DNA from: Felis catus
Taxonomy: Eukaryota
Direction: 5' to 3'
Assembly: GCF_018350175.1 (NCBI RefSeq)
Contig: NC_058368.1
Span: forward strand, 67,086,001 to 67,150,000
DNA: 64,000 nucleotides
In this document: in pieces, positions 13,136-25,122 of the stretch
How the letters are laid out: each line of letters opens with the position of its first letter
How positions within the stretch are numbered: position 1 is the first letter of the stretch
The notes under the pieces: model-generated
The model's input: the letters and a program-made list of their open reading frames with translations, nothing else
What the model was told of the DNA's origin: nothing
Database searches by the model: none
Program-made: the position numbers and the translations under genes

Positions 13136-13327
13136 CTTTCTCAAAGCGCAAGCCTTTATGACTTTCTCGTATCGTTCCTTTTCATACTTCTTCCCAAATA
13201 AAATATTACTCCTCACAGTTCCTGCAAACACCCAGGGCTGCTGAGAAACATAGGCGATTCTTCCATGCACGCTGACCAGCCCCTGGCTCCGGGGCAGCTC
13301 CCCCAGCAGGGCACTTAACAGCGACGA
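13136..13327 (-). CDS. ABCC4: ABCC4 exon 11, 192 nt, end of Walker A and Q-loop
   Basis: gtttcag|TCGTCG...AGAAAG|gtaagg; [11 protein letters not shown]...[41 protein letters not shown]. Confidence 0.97.
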
Positions 13328-13504
13328 CTGAAACAGATTGGAAACAAGCAAGTGTGTGCCAGCAGCACTGGGCACAGACAAGCCGCTGCTATTCCCAATC
13401 CCGCCTCCCCCAGCCCCGGGGTCTGATACACATCAGAGTGCTTCCACTTAAAACAGACTCAAGTACAGCCCTGTAAGGTGCAATAAAAAATGTGAATGCT
13501 CGGA

Positions 13505-13684
13505 GGGCACCTGGGTGGCCCAGTCAGTTAAGCGGCTGACTCCGGCTCAGGTCATGATCTCGCAGTCCGTGAGTTTGAGTCCCGCGTCAGGCTCACTGCT
13601 GTCAGCCTGTCAGCGCAGAACCTGCAGGGTATCCTCTGTTCCCCTCTCCCAAAAATAAATATGTATTTTTTACAAATTTAAAAT
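13505..13684 (+). mobile_element. Can-SINE, ~180 bp upstream of the exon 11 acceptor
   Basis: Head gggcacctgggtggcccagtc; TSD tgaatgct. Confidence 0.9.
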
Positions 13685-14673
13685 CAAATTTGAATGCTAA
13701 CAAAACAGAGGATACCAGCCTGCTCTGCCCGAGCGCGTTTCCCCCCAAATGAAATGCTGTGCTCAAAGACAGACTGCTGGCCATTCCCAACAGGGGAGGC
13801 TGGCATAATACACACTTCCTCTGTCTGAGGTTTGCAGGTGGTCCTGCATCCAGCTATCCTCGTTTCTGAAAAGCTGTGTGTAAATAATCTATCCGATGCA
13901 TCAGGAAAGATTAAAGGGACTCTGAAGGGGGTCAGGTTACCAAAAAGCAAAAACCCATCAAATGACGGCTCGATCATTTATTCATCCTACACGTAGCATT
14001 CCCTATTCTATTGTTTCAGATGCACAGGGCTAAGGGCACACACACACCTCCTTCAAGTCTTTCACGACATACAGACGTGGTGGCTCTGTGTCTACCACTA
14101 ACAGAATGCTCAGAACTGAGCCGAAATCATCCTTTCGCATACCTGTCTTGCCCCAGGACCTGGGTGTTTCTAGAGGGCAATCAGCCCGAGCCTTCTTACA
14201 TCCGTGTCTTTTGCTCTTAGCACAGTGCCATGCACGTGGCCATACGTTCACCACTGTGCGCGGACGAGACTTGGGTAAGCCACATAAGGACATGTTTAAA
14301 GCTTCCCAGAGAAGAGCCTTTTACAACCCCAAGACCTCCTGTAGAATTTGCTCTGACAAAAAGAAGAATCCGTTTTCTTGGTCATTTCATCCCGAATAGC
14401 AGTCACGTAAGGAATTTCCTTCACGGAGACATCCATCTTCCAGATAAGCATTTCCAAACTGTGCCACTTGAAGCACCAAGAAAAACACAACCACACGATC
14501 CAGACTGATGCGGCCGTGCGACCTTCTTGCAGAACCAATGCTCCATGGAACACATGTTGAGAAATGCCATTCTGGATAGACCCAGTCAAACCTGTGTTAC
14601 ACACAGCCCAACCCCAAGAATTTAATATGGGATGTGGCATGGCAGCGAGCTGTCAAAAGGCACTATGACTTAC

Positions 14674-14763
14674 CTTTCCTGCTCCCACAGGTCCGACCAC
14701 AGCTAACAATTCCCCGGGCCTGACCGTAAAGGAAAGGCCTTGTAGGGTTGGGGTCTCTGATGC
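14674..14763 (-). CDS. ABCC4: ABCC4 exon 10, 90 nt, NBD1 Walker A (first part)
   Basis: tttgtag|GCATCA...GGAAAG|gtaagt; [30 protein letters not shown]. Confidence 0.97.
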
Positions 14764-14920
14764 CTACAAATTCAAGTTCACAAAAATAGGCACATTTCAA
14801 TAAAGTAACACAAATTACCTCAAAAAGAAAATACTGTAATAGTCACTGATATGTGAACATAACTCACATCTCTCCCCCTTCCTATCTGAAGATACCATGT
14901 GCTGGAGTCCCTTTCACACT

Positions 14921-15045
14921 CTCTCTCTCTACATATACATGTGTGTATATGTATATACATATATATACATACACACATACATACATACACATATATAAAT
15001 ATAAAAATAAATATAATATAAATATATAAATATATATACATATAT
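14921..15045. repeat. (CT)n/(TA)n/(CA)n compound microsatellite at SINE tail
   Basis: Direct reading. Confidence 0.9.
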
Positions 15046-15241
15046 GTTTTAATGTTTATTTACTTTGAGAGAGAGTGCAAAGGGGGAGGGGCAGAGAGAG
15101 AAAGGGACAGAGAATCCCAAGCAGGCTCCACACTGTCAGCGCAGAGCCCAACCCAGGGCTTGATCTCACACACTGTGAGATCATCACCTGAACCAAAATC
15201 AAAAGTTGGATGCTCAACCGACTGAGCCACCCAGGCACCCC
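15046..15241 (-). mobile_element. Can-SINE
   Basis: Reverse head ...gccacccaggcacccc, AG-rich body. Confidence 0.93.
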
Positions 15242-15413
15242 TCAACTATAGTTCTTTGGGGCTTAGCTGCTTTTCAGAAGGTCTGTTCTCTTAGCAGATT
15301 TGCATGTGAACCCAGTTCTAGACACCCACGGAATTTAAGTTGTAGAAATGATAAGGCACCCTTCTGAAATGAAAACTTCTTGGTGCACACTAATATTAAA
15401 AGAATACAGTTAA

Positions 15414-15642
15414 GGGGCGCCTGGGTGGCACAGTCGGCTAAGCGTCCGACTTCAGCCAGGTCACGATCTCGCGGTCCGTGAGTTCGAGCCCCGCGTCAGG
15501 CTCTGGGCTGATGGCTCGGAGCCTGGAGCCTGTTTCCGATTCTGTGTCTCCCTCTCTCTCTCTGCCCCTACCCCGTTCATGCTCTGTCTCTCTCTGTCCC
15601 AAAAATAAATAAAAAAACGTTGAAAAAAAATTAAAAAAAAAA
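15414..15642 (+). mobile_element. Young SINEC_Fc
   Basis: CpG-rich body, long A tail, perfect TSD aaaagaatacagttaa (15398-15413 / 15643-15658). Confidence 0.96.
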
Positions 15643-16232
15643 AAAAGAATACAGTTAACAGAATATTCAGTATGGGAAGTTTTCAAGTTTTACATTATGA
15701 CCCTTCGTTTTAATCGTCTATTCCATTAACCCCCACAAGGTGGCAGTATAAGTACACGGCATGCCAGGCCCTTTGCTACTAAGTAACTGGAAATCTCCCG
15801 TAACCTCTCCATTCTCATTTAATAAGGAAGGAATCTGAGTAATGCTCACAAAGCAAGAAGGCACTTGGCATTGTAAGATCACTCTTGGCAAAAAGGCTCC
15901 TGTGCGTGGTGGTCAAGGCTGTAATCAGAGCTCAAATTTAACACCAACAAAAATAACAAGTAAGTTAGTATATGGTATCACGGACCAGAGAAATAGTCTG
16001 TCTTCTACCTGTACCATGCATTACCTGTCCTAGTAAACAGGTACAACAAAGTACTTTTACTGTAAAAAAAAAAAACCAAAAAACAAAAAAACATGGAGGC
16101 GTGCACTACAGCACAGAATCCAACACAACGGAAAAGGATAAAGCAAAAATCATGCTAATCAGAAGTTGTATTCCTAAACATTCTATAAATTCTACAATAA
16201 GGAGATTTAGTGTTAAGAAAACTCTCAATAAA

Positions 16233-16340
16233 TGGGGCGCCTGGGTGGTTCAGTCAGTTAAACGTCTGACTGTTGGTTTTGGCTCAGGTCATGATCTCAT
16301 GGTTCGAGCCCTGTGTTGAGCTCCTGTGCTGACACTGTGG
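16233..16340 (+). mobile_element. Can-SINE 5' half
   Basis: Head present, CT region and tail missing. Confidence 0.85.
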
Positions 16341-18644
16341 GCTTCGTTCCCACTGTTACAATCTCCGCCTCATTTCCCCGTGGGATGCTTCTGGGAGTCC
16401 TGACCATGCATGGCCCCAGGACTGAGGATCTCGTGAATGTGTGTGAGTCCCAAACCCTTTCTGAAGAAGGCTTGTAAGGGGTTAGTGTTCTGCAAACACA
16501 GTTGGGGGAATGTCCTCCCACGATCACAGGAAACTGACCGTGAGTTGATCTAAGGCACTGCTACCTTCTACATTTCTAAAAAAGGGATCCTCAAAGACAA
16601 ACCTCCAGATAGATACGTGAAGGGCAGAGAAACGTACAGAGCTTCTGTACAGAACATTCCCTGCAAGTTCAACTACAAGGGATGATGGGAGGAAGAATCC
16701 AAGCCACGGATAGCCAAAAGCAGCTGAGCGAACTTTCCCATGCACAGGTGCAGAGCTGGGCTGCTGTGTGACCTCTCTCTACGCTGGGAATGTGTACACA
16801 CAGTTAACACAAGGCAGAAAGGCTAAAGGCACAGCAGGAGAAATAAAAGGTCTGTGTGATCTTCAAAATGAAAACCTTCTCTGGAATAATTGGCCATAAA
16901 ATGGGTACATACTAAAACCAGGATAATTACATTTAAGCACGCATGCACACCAAAAAAACCAGCCCCAGATTCTATCAAATTATAAAAACTGTCATTAAGG
17001 TGGATTTCAATACATAGAAACATTTTTTTAAGCTTTTCCACTCCTTTCTTCATGTCTAACAACGAACTAGTTCCTACTTGACTACATTTTTTTTTTTTTT
17101 AACTCAGTTACATCTACAAAGTAAGAAGCCACAGAACGACACTGGCTTCCCGTTCCCTGCACCTCAGAGCTTCCTGTTAGTGCCAGACAAGTTGCTGCTT
17201 CCTGGCCCGGGCTCCAGGGTCAGGCATTGCTCGAGCGTGACCAGAAGGGGGCAGCATGTGACAGTTCAGGGGTGCTCAGGCCCCTTGCCCTGGGGCTCAG
17301 TAGAGGCTGATGCAATGCACCAGCCTAGCCGTGGGGTAGGCCCTGGGGACATAGCAGTGAACCACAGGATGAAAACCCCTGCCCCGCGGCGATTTAGAGG
17401 CTCCCACCGGACCATACACTTCCAAGCTCAGACACTGAAACCGAGCGCATTCCTTTCATGAATGAAACCAGGTGGGGGCGAAGACCTTTGCCCACCTACC
17501 CACCCAGCTGTCTAGTGGGTGGTTCGAAAACCCACATCCTTCTGCCTCCCAGCCCGGTGGCCTTAGCTTCCTTCCCAAATCCCCAATGTCTGTGCCCCTC
17601 CCTCACCCTAGGGCCCCTAATCACCCCCAGTGAGAGGCACAGTCCTTCCCCAGACAAGGGCAGGACAACAGGATGGGGGTGTTCTGTGCTACAACGCAAA
17701 AGCGCAGGAAAAGTCTGGGAACAAGTGATTAAGTTCTGGGAAGAAGAACAAAAGTGCTCATGTTACAGTGTTGCACGGTTCGTACAAAAGAAAGGTGGTG
17801 ATGGGTCATCATACAGGGTGTGTGGTAACTACCTCAGTGCACTACCTAACTCCCCAGCACTCACAGAAGGGAACTGGAACAGAGCTTTCTAGAAGTGCTT
17901 CAAGTGCACCAGTGGAGAATTACCAAGCAGGAGGGCATCCGCTGCAGTAAGGTAGGAAGGGTTTTTCCCATTTGCCTAAATGTCCTAAATCAACCAAGTG
18001 TCAGAAAACCTTCGTGACCTCACCTGTCCTACCTGTCAGCTTCCCACACAGAACCCTGAAGCTGGGAATCACTGGCACTTACTGTGCTCACCAGCTGCCT
18101 CCTCCCTGCCCCTGCCTGCCCCCAAAGTAGCCAGCACCTTCCAGAAGCTTAGAACAGGAGCCGGCACACTACCCTACAGGAAATATCCACGTCATGGGCC
18201 TCACTCCATATGTAAGGAGATGGTCTGATAGCGTCAGGGTAAAAAACGTACACTGATTTCCCAGTCTCTCCTCTGTAACAGCTTGTGATGTACGTGTTAG
18301 CTAACCCGTTCCGGACCGTATCACTTGTCTGCTCAATCCTGTAAATGGGGACATTGCAAACTTATCACCGAAAACAATGTGATCATACTTGGAAAGTTCT
18401 CCTAACAATGGGACAAAGAACATGTCGTATGCCTTGGGCTGATTTTATACTTAATCCCCATTAACTACAAACCTTATTCCTGATTTTGAGAATGTTTATA
18501 ATATACTTTCAAGGAAACAATGCAAGTCACATTTTATATGGTGTGTAAAAAAAAAAAAAAATCAAAATTCTCTATTAAATTCTACATCCCCGGTTGTCTT
18601 TTGTGATCTTGCAAGTTGTGATCTTGCAAGGGAGGATTTGTTAC

Positions 18645-18746
18645 CTTATCCCAAAAGGCAGTGAAGTCTTGCACATGCACGATCATTTTACCGTCTGATG
18701 GCGGCTGAGGAGTACGCTGTGGTACCTCGTCAAGTAACAGAAAGTT
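18645..18746 (-). CDS. ABCC4: ABCC4 exon 9, 102 nt, TMD1-NBD1 linker
   Basis: ttctgcag|AACTTT...GATAAG|gtaaca; [34 protein letters not shown]. Confidence 0.96.
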
Positions 18747-18922
18747 CTGCAGAAGAAGGAAAAAGGCTGGTTGAGCTGTAGGAACAAAGCATAAGCAAGA
18801 ATAATTGCTTTCCTGGAATTTGCAACGTAGCATTTTACGCAGCCTCTGTATCATTTTACCAACTGTATTTACAAGGGGGACTCATATCAGAACACAGTAT
18901 GTACTATGTAATTATATAATAT

Positions 18923-18925
<3 letters not shown>

Positions 18926-18969
<44 letters not shown>
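18926..18969. repeat. (CA)n microsatellite
   Basis: About 22 AC units. Confidence 0.97.
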
Positions 18970-18974
<5 letters not shown>

Positions 18975-19439
18975 CTCTGAGTTCACAAAGCTAACTCTGT
19001 AACCTTCTCAACAAGTATATGGATTCTTCCCTCAAGAGAAAATATAGTTACGAGCAGTGAACACAATTAGAACCTGGACATTGTCACGGTTTTACTCCTG
19101 TGTTACTAACAATAAACATGGGAGTTGGTAGGAAATGATTACATAAATACTTATCTAATCCCACCATGTGCCAAGCACCACGTGAGACGCTGGGCACCCA
19201 GACGAAGGCCACCCCCAGGCCTTCAGAAATCGAGTTGATGCAAAAGGACAGGCTGGGAACACAGAACCAATGGCAGAGAGACTCTGAATGAAAAACGTGG
19301 TTCTGTCCATTTCTCTGTTTTGCCCTTTCCCTGGGCAGTTGGGACACTTCGCTTTTCCCCCCATACGCATCACAGCAATGCATCCTTCCTGTCATGAGCT
19401 ATCACTTGTCATCATTCTAAAAAAAAAAAAAAAATTTTA

Positions 19440-19663
19440 GGGGCACCTGGTTGGTTAAGCATCTGACTCTTGATCTCAGCTTAGGTCCTGATCTCAGGGT
19501 CATGAGTTCAAGCCCCATGTTGGGCTCCACGCTGGGCATGAAGCCTACTTAAATATAAATATATATTTATATATAAATTTATATATATATAAATATATTT
19601 ATTTATATATTTATAAATATATAAATATATATTTTATATAAAATATAAATATATATATTATAT

Positions 19664-19699
<36 letters not shown>

Positions 19700-19700
19700 T
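19440..19700 (+). mobile_element. Short-form Can-SINE with expanded AT-rich tail
   Basis: ggggcacctgg...gagttcaagccccatgttgggctccacgctgggcatgaagcctactt, then ~150 bp of almost pure A/T. Confidence 0.85.
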
Positions 19701-19988
19701 TTACAAGCATCTCTTCATAATCACTTGTCTTTTCTCCTTAGCAAATACCCTCTCGACAGCAGGAGAAGGTATTTTTCCACGCTTCCTGCTCTTGTCCACA
19801 CCAGATAGCAGCAAGGTGGTGCAATTTGAATCGAACCAAGTCATGCTAACCATTACAAACCTAACACAATCACATATACAGGAAAACTCAGTTTTGCTCT
19901 GCAAATGCTAGACATAATTCAACGGGAAAAGCTACACTGGTACAAACAGAATGAACAACCAATACCCCTCTACCCCCAAAACTTTGAA

Positions 19989-20160
19989 TGTGTGGCAGCG
20001 ACTGTTAACGGCCCTCAAAACTTGCTCTCGTTCTTCTGTGGAAACAAACTCCTGGTTTTTAGGGCATGGCAGCCTGGGAAAGGGACCCCTCTTCCCAGCC
20101 TCCCACAGAGCTATGCAGAGTCAGGTGATTAAGTTTAGGCCAATGGAAAGTGATCATGCC
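19989..20160 (+). mobile_element. Ancient ERVL/MaLR-type LTR fragment (LTR33/LTR16-like)
   Basis: tgtggcag start and cttcccagcctccc...aagtttaggccaatggaaagtga motif. Confidence 0.45.
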
Positions 20161-20599
20161 CAGGAACCTTCCTCCACCCAATGGCTTGGTCCTTGGAAGT
20201 CGGCAGCTTAGCCAAAGCTGTGGTAGGGTCCCCTCCCTCAGAAAAGAAGAAAAAAGAGAAAAGAAAAAAAAAAAACCCTCAAGGCAACCTGGTTATATGC
20301 ATACGTGACCACATCCCTCATGACCTTGTAACATGAGACCACTTAATCAGACTACATGTTTGTATGTTACTATATATGAGAGACAAAGAAGTAAAAAATG
20401 TATGAAAAACTATGCCACACAGCGTTCGGGGCTCAGTTCTTCGGGTACAAACCCAACTGAGTGGTGCCGGCAGGAATAAGGTTGCTTCCCGGAAAAAAAA
20501 GCCTCTCTGGCCCATAACTCTCTGGGCAAGGCCACAAGCAAGAAGGAAAGCGTCTGGGCCTCTAAAGCCACAGAACAGCATACTAGCCATGGAACTTCT

Positions 20600-21835
20600 T
20601 ATGGGGTGAATCGTGCCCTCCCAGAAAGACAGGATGAAGTCATAACCCCAGTTACCTCAATTATGTGACTTTATTTGCAAATACGGTCATTGCAGATGTG
20701 GCTGATTCAGGTGAGGTCATACTGGAGTAGGGTGACCCCTAAATCCAATATGACTGGTGTCCTTATAAGAAGACACAATGGGGCGCCTGGCTGGCTCAGT
20801 CAGTGGAGCGTGCAGCTCTCAGTCTTGGGGCTGTGAGTTTGAGTCCCACATTGGGCACAGAGATAACTCAGAAATAAAATCTTTAAAGGAAAACAAGAGG
20901 AGGAAGAGGGGAGGAGTGAGGAGGAGTGGGGAGGAGGAGAAGAAGGAGGTGGAGAGGAGGGGAGGAGGGAGAGGGAAAGAGGCAAAGAGGAGAAGGAGGA
21001 GGAGTGAGGAGGAGTGGGGAGGAGGAGGAGAAGAAGGCAGAGAGGAGGGAAGGAGGGAGAAGGGAAGAGGAAAAGAGGAGGAGGAGTGGGGAGGAGGAGG
21101 AGTGGGGAGGAGGAGGAGTGGGGAGGAGGAGGAGGAGGAGTGGGGAGGAGGAGGAGGAGTGGGGAGGGGGAGGAGGAATGGGGAGGAGGAGGAGAAGGAG
21201 GCAGAGAAGAGGGGAGGAAGGAGGGGGAAGAGGAAAAGAGGAGGAGGAGGAGGAGGAGGAGGAGGAGGAGGAGGAGGAGGAGGAGGAGAGGAGGGGAGGA
21301 GGGACAGGGAAAGAGGCAAAGAGAAGGAGAAGGAGAGGAGTGGGGAGGAGGAGGAGGAGTGGGGAGGAGGAGGAGGAGTGGGGAGAGGGAGGGGGAAGAG
21401 GAAAAGAAGAGAAGGAGAAGGAGGAGGAAGAGGTGGAGAGGAGGGGAGGAGGGAGAGGGAAAGAGGCGAGGAGGAGGAGGAGGAGTGGGGAGGAGGAGTG
21501 GGGAGGAGGAGGAGAAGGAGGCAGAGAGGAGGGAGAGGGAAAGAGAAGGAGGAAGAGAAGGAGGAGGAGAGATACATACAGGTAGGAAACAGCCAAGACA
21601 GAGATTACAGTGATGGCAGCCACAAGCCAAGAAACGCAAGGTGTGCCAGCCACACGAGAAACTAGAGAAGGCAAGGAAGGATTCTCCCTTATAGGTTTCA
21701 GAGGGATCACGACCCTGAGGACACCCTGATTTCAGACTTCTGGCTCCAGAACCGTGGAACAACACACTCCTGTCGCTCTGAGCCACCTAGTTTGTGGCAA
21801 CTTTGCGGCCCCAGCGCTAGCAAACCGACATACAA
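20600..21835 (+). mobile_element. MaLR LTR (MLT1B/C-like) split by a short SINE (20779-20890) and a GA-rich tract
   Basis: 5' half ...ggtcatactggagtagggtgacccctaaatccaatatgactggtgtccttataagaag; 3' half ccacaagccaagaaacgc...gaaggcaaggaaggattctccc...gatttcagacttctggctccagaac...gccacctagtttgtggca. Confidence 0.85.
20896..21571. repeat. GA-rich low-complexity/minisatellite tract containing (GAG)17 at 21238-21288
   Basis: Almost pure purine on the + strand; recurring ggaggagtgggg units. Confidence 0.97.
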
Positions 21836-22532
21836 CCTCACGAAGGTTTGCTCAGGGAAGAAAAATGAACTACCTGTACAAGCAGCTTTAACATGGGTAT
21901 TCTAGGACCCACGGGCAAACCTCATCCTAACCAACATAGGAAGCAACTGAAATAAGCATATGAAAATGTTTCAGGAGAACAACACAGAAGTCAACTGCTA
22001 CTCTAAAAACCATAAACACTCTTTAAGTCATTAAAATCTTGTCTATCTTGCTGCAAAGCTACAAATGTGGTTAAAGCTGAATATGCAAAGTTTCTTCTGT
22101 GCAGGAAAAGGAAAACGTGTTCCTGTGCATTCCTCTCAAAGACGCAGCCTGCGGGAGGCGAGGTCTGCTCACAGATGCTTCCACTCGTCCAGGCTCGCTG
22201 AGAACCTTCCTCTCTGCCCCATGCCTGTGTCTAACAGGGAAGCAGAATGGATAGACGATGGTCTGAGGACTCCTTCCTTTGCAGGCTTTAAACCCAGCAT
22301 GGCCCTGATTTCTCTTCCACACCAGCTCCCCCACAGTCACCCAGACAGCAACTCTTGCCTATTCTGCAACAATTCCGATCCCTCCAATTCTTCATTCCTC
22401 TTGAAACAACGTAATTTCGGAATCTCACCACCAATCGTTTACAACACCGACACAATTTTTTGCTGTCTCCCTGTACCCTCCCGATTCCTTCCCCAGCATT
22501 CCCAACACTGTCAAACCTAACACCACTTCCTA

Positions 22533-22730
22533 TTTTTCTTAACGTTTATTCATTTTTAAGAGAGTGAGAGAGCATAAGTGGGCCAAAGGCAGAGAGAAGG
22601 GGACAGAGGATCCGAAGCAGGCTCCACACTGACAGCAGAGTCCCTGACGCAGGGCTTTAACTCATGAACCAGGAGATCATGGCCTGAGCCGAAGTCAGTT
22701 GCTTAACTAGCTGAGCCACCTAGGCGCCCC
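22533..22730 (-). mobile_element. Can-SINE
   Basis: Reverse head ...gccacctaggcgcccc. Confidence 0.92.
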
Positions 22731-23167
22731 ACACTCCCTCATGATCTCACTGAAACACCTCTGAGAACGTCCACCATGCTTAAAACCCTTCAGTGACCCA
22801 TGAGCACCTAAGTTCACACTCCCCAAGTGCCCTCCGCCTTGATACTCTGAGTACTGAACCAACCCTTCCTTCCCAACCCATCTCAAATGCTAATCCTCCT
22901 GGGAACCAGCTCACAAGGGCCCTAGCTGGCACTGCCCACCCTACTTCTGAATCCCCAAAGGGATATTAAGTCATGGCGAGGGAGAAGACTATGCCGTTCA
23001 TGCACTTACGAACAGCCCAACTCAAACCCCACACTGAGGCTAGCAAAGGGTCAGCATGTCACAATAACCCCTATAGAACCCGACTCTACGGCTGGTTCGA
23101 GTGAATCTAATCACTGACTAGATCACTACAGTCTTACACAGTATGAGTTAAGATGGCAACAAGCAGA

Positions 23168-23392
23168 GGGGCGCCTGGGTGGCGCAGTCGGTTAAGCGTC
23201 CGACTTCAGCCAGGTCACAATCTCGCGGTCCGTGAGTTCGAGCCCCGCGTCGGGCTCTGGGCTGATGGCTCGGAGCCTGGAGCCTGTTTCCGATTCTGTG
23301 TCTCCCTCTCTCTCTGCCCCTCCCCCGTTCATGCTCTGTCTCTCTGTCCCAAAAATAAATAAACGTTGAAAAAAAAAATTAAAAAAAAAAAA
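23168..23392 (+). mobile_element. Young SINEC_Fc
   Basis: CpGs largely intact; perfect 18-bp TSD aagatggcaacaagcaga (23150-23167 / 23393-23410). Confidence 0.97.
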
Positions 23393-24910
23393 AAGATGGC
23401 AACAAGCAGAAGGCTGTAGGTGTCATAAATCTTGTCTAGACAGAATAAAACTCAAATTTTAGCTTAAGCATATTACCAAGACATAAAATTCAAAATTCAG
23501 TATGTGCATATTAGAATAGAAATTCTGCACCTTCAAGGAAAGAAAGAAAAGAGAAACTATGCACACAGTGAGGAAGTAAATCTATTGAGCATTTGTCCGT
23601 AAATAATAGGTCTGAGTGGAGAAAGGAGTCACAGTCTCCCGGTGGTTAAATGAGGCTCCATTCAACACATGAACGGCTTATAAAGGTGCCAGATGTGCTG
23701 GCTGGATTTTTCTCAAGTGCTCAGGCTGATGAAAAAGCTGACATTAAATTGCCATTAAAGCCATGAAGTGCATACCCAGAACAGGTCATGCGGGAAAGCA
23801 TCAGCCGTCAGAACTCAAGCCAACAAGATTGACTTCACAGTGGCTGCTAGGCAAAAACCTAAGCAGCTTTGTGAGCACTATAACCTCACTCTACTGGGTG
23901 TAGACATCGTTAAGACTTTCACTGCTTTGAAGTTAAGACAAGATCTTTTATAATCCTATTGGACTCGTTCAATGTCACTAAGAGAAAAATAGAAGGAACT
24001 TCTTGGGCCTATAACTTCGTAGTAAATCCTTCATTTTCAGTACGTGGAAAAAAAGGAAATTGACAAGTGTGTGTGGAAGAGAAGACATACACTCTACAGC
24101 CCACATTTGGCTTTACGCCAGGGCTGGGGATCCCAGCGCCACCTCCAAGGTGGAGAGGTGTGCTGCATTTACCTCTGGGACTCCCAATCATCATCTGAGT
24201 CCCAGGCTGCAGGAGACAGTGTCACAGCAAACTTCTGGGCGCCTCCCAAGCTTCTGACCCTCTACGAGCCAAACCTCACCTAGTCCTAACTACCTGGTGA
24301 GTGTCCTCAGCACATCTTTTCTTCCTCGCCTGCTGCCATTTTTACCTCTCACTGCACAAAACACGTGAGAGGCAGGGAAGGAAAGAGGAGTGAACATTGG
24401 ATCAGTCCATTATATTCACTGCCTATTACCTGTGTCAGGTACGTGCTCCTGAGTGGCTCTCAAATCTCACTGCGTCTAGTTCAGCCTAATCCAAACCACG
24501 TCACCCGGTTCCTGGACTGCATTAGCCTCTGAACACTTCCTGCTCTACACTAGATCCCCACCCCAACCTCCTCGGATCCGGTCCCTGGGCTGCAGCCAGA
24601 GTGAGCTCTGCAAAAGCAAAAAACCTTCCTGTGGTCTATAAGGTGCTCTGCCCCCTGCTCAGGCCTCTCTCTGCGCCCTCATCGTCAAATACATGGATCT
24701 CCTTCTGGTGCACCAAGCGCTTTCTAAGAACACCTTCTGCCACATAACTATCCCCCCAAAAATGCAGAGTATCAGCCTCCTATCTCCCCCACCCCCCCCC
24801 ACACACACATGTAACTCTCCACGGAACTCCTTCAGCCTTCCCAGGAAGCCCCACCTCCAAAATTACAGCGGTGTCTACAAAGCACCTCATAGGACCTCAG
24901 CCTTTTTCTT

Positions 24911-25122
24911 AAAAAAAGAAAAAAAAATTAATGTTTATTTATTCTTGAGAGATAGAGCATAAGCAGGGGAGGGGGAGACAGACACACAGAATCAGAAGCA
25001 GGCTCCATCCAGGCTCTGAACTGTCAGCACAGAGTCCGACATAGGGCTCAAACCCATGGACCATGAGATCATGACCTGAGCTGAAGTTGGACACTTAACC
25101 GACTGAGTCACCCAGGCATCCC
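24911..25122 (-). mobile_element. Can-SINE
   Basis: Reverse head and body; TSD tcag(c/a)ctttttctt. Confidence 0.92.

Noticed and set aside
15414..15490. tRNA-like A/B-box sequences (tggcNcagtcgg, gagttcgagccc)
   Set aside because: tRNA-derived SINE heads followed by SINE bodies, not tRNA genes
20778..21786. Six overlapping long ORFs (199-328 aa) on both strands
   Set aside because: Produced by the GA-rich tract, which has almost no stop codons in any frame; the peptides are low-complexity E/G/R or P/S/L runs
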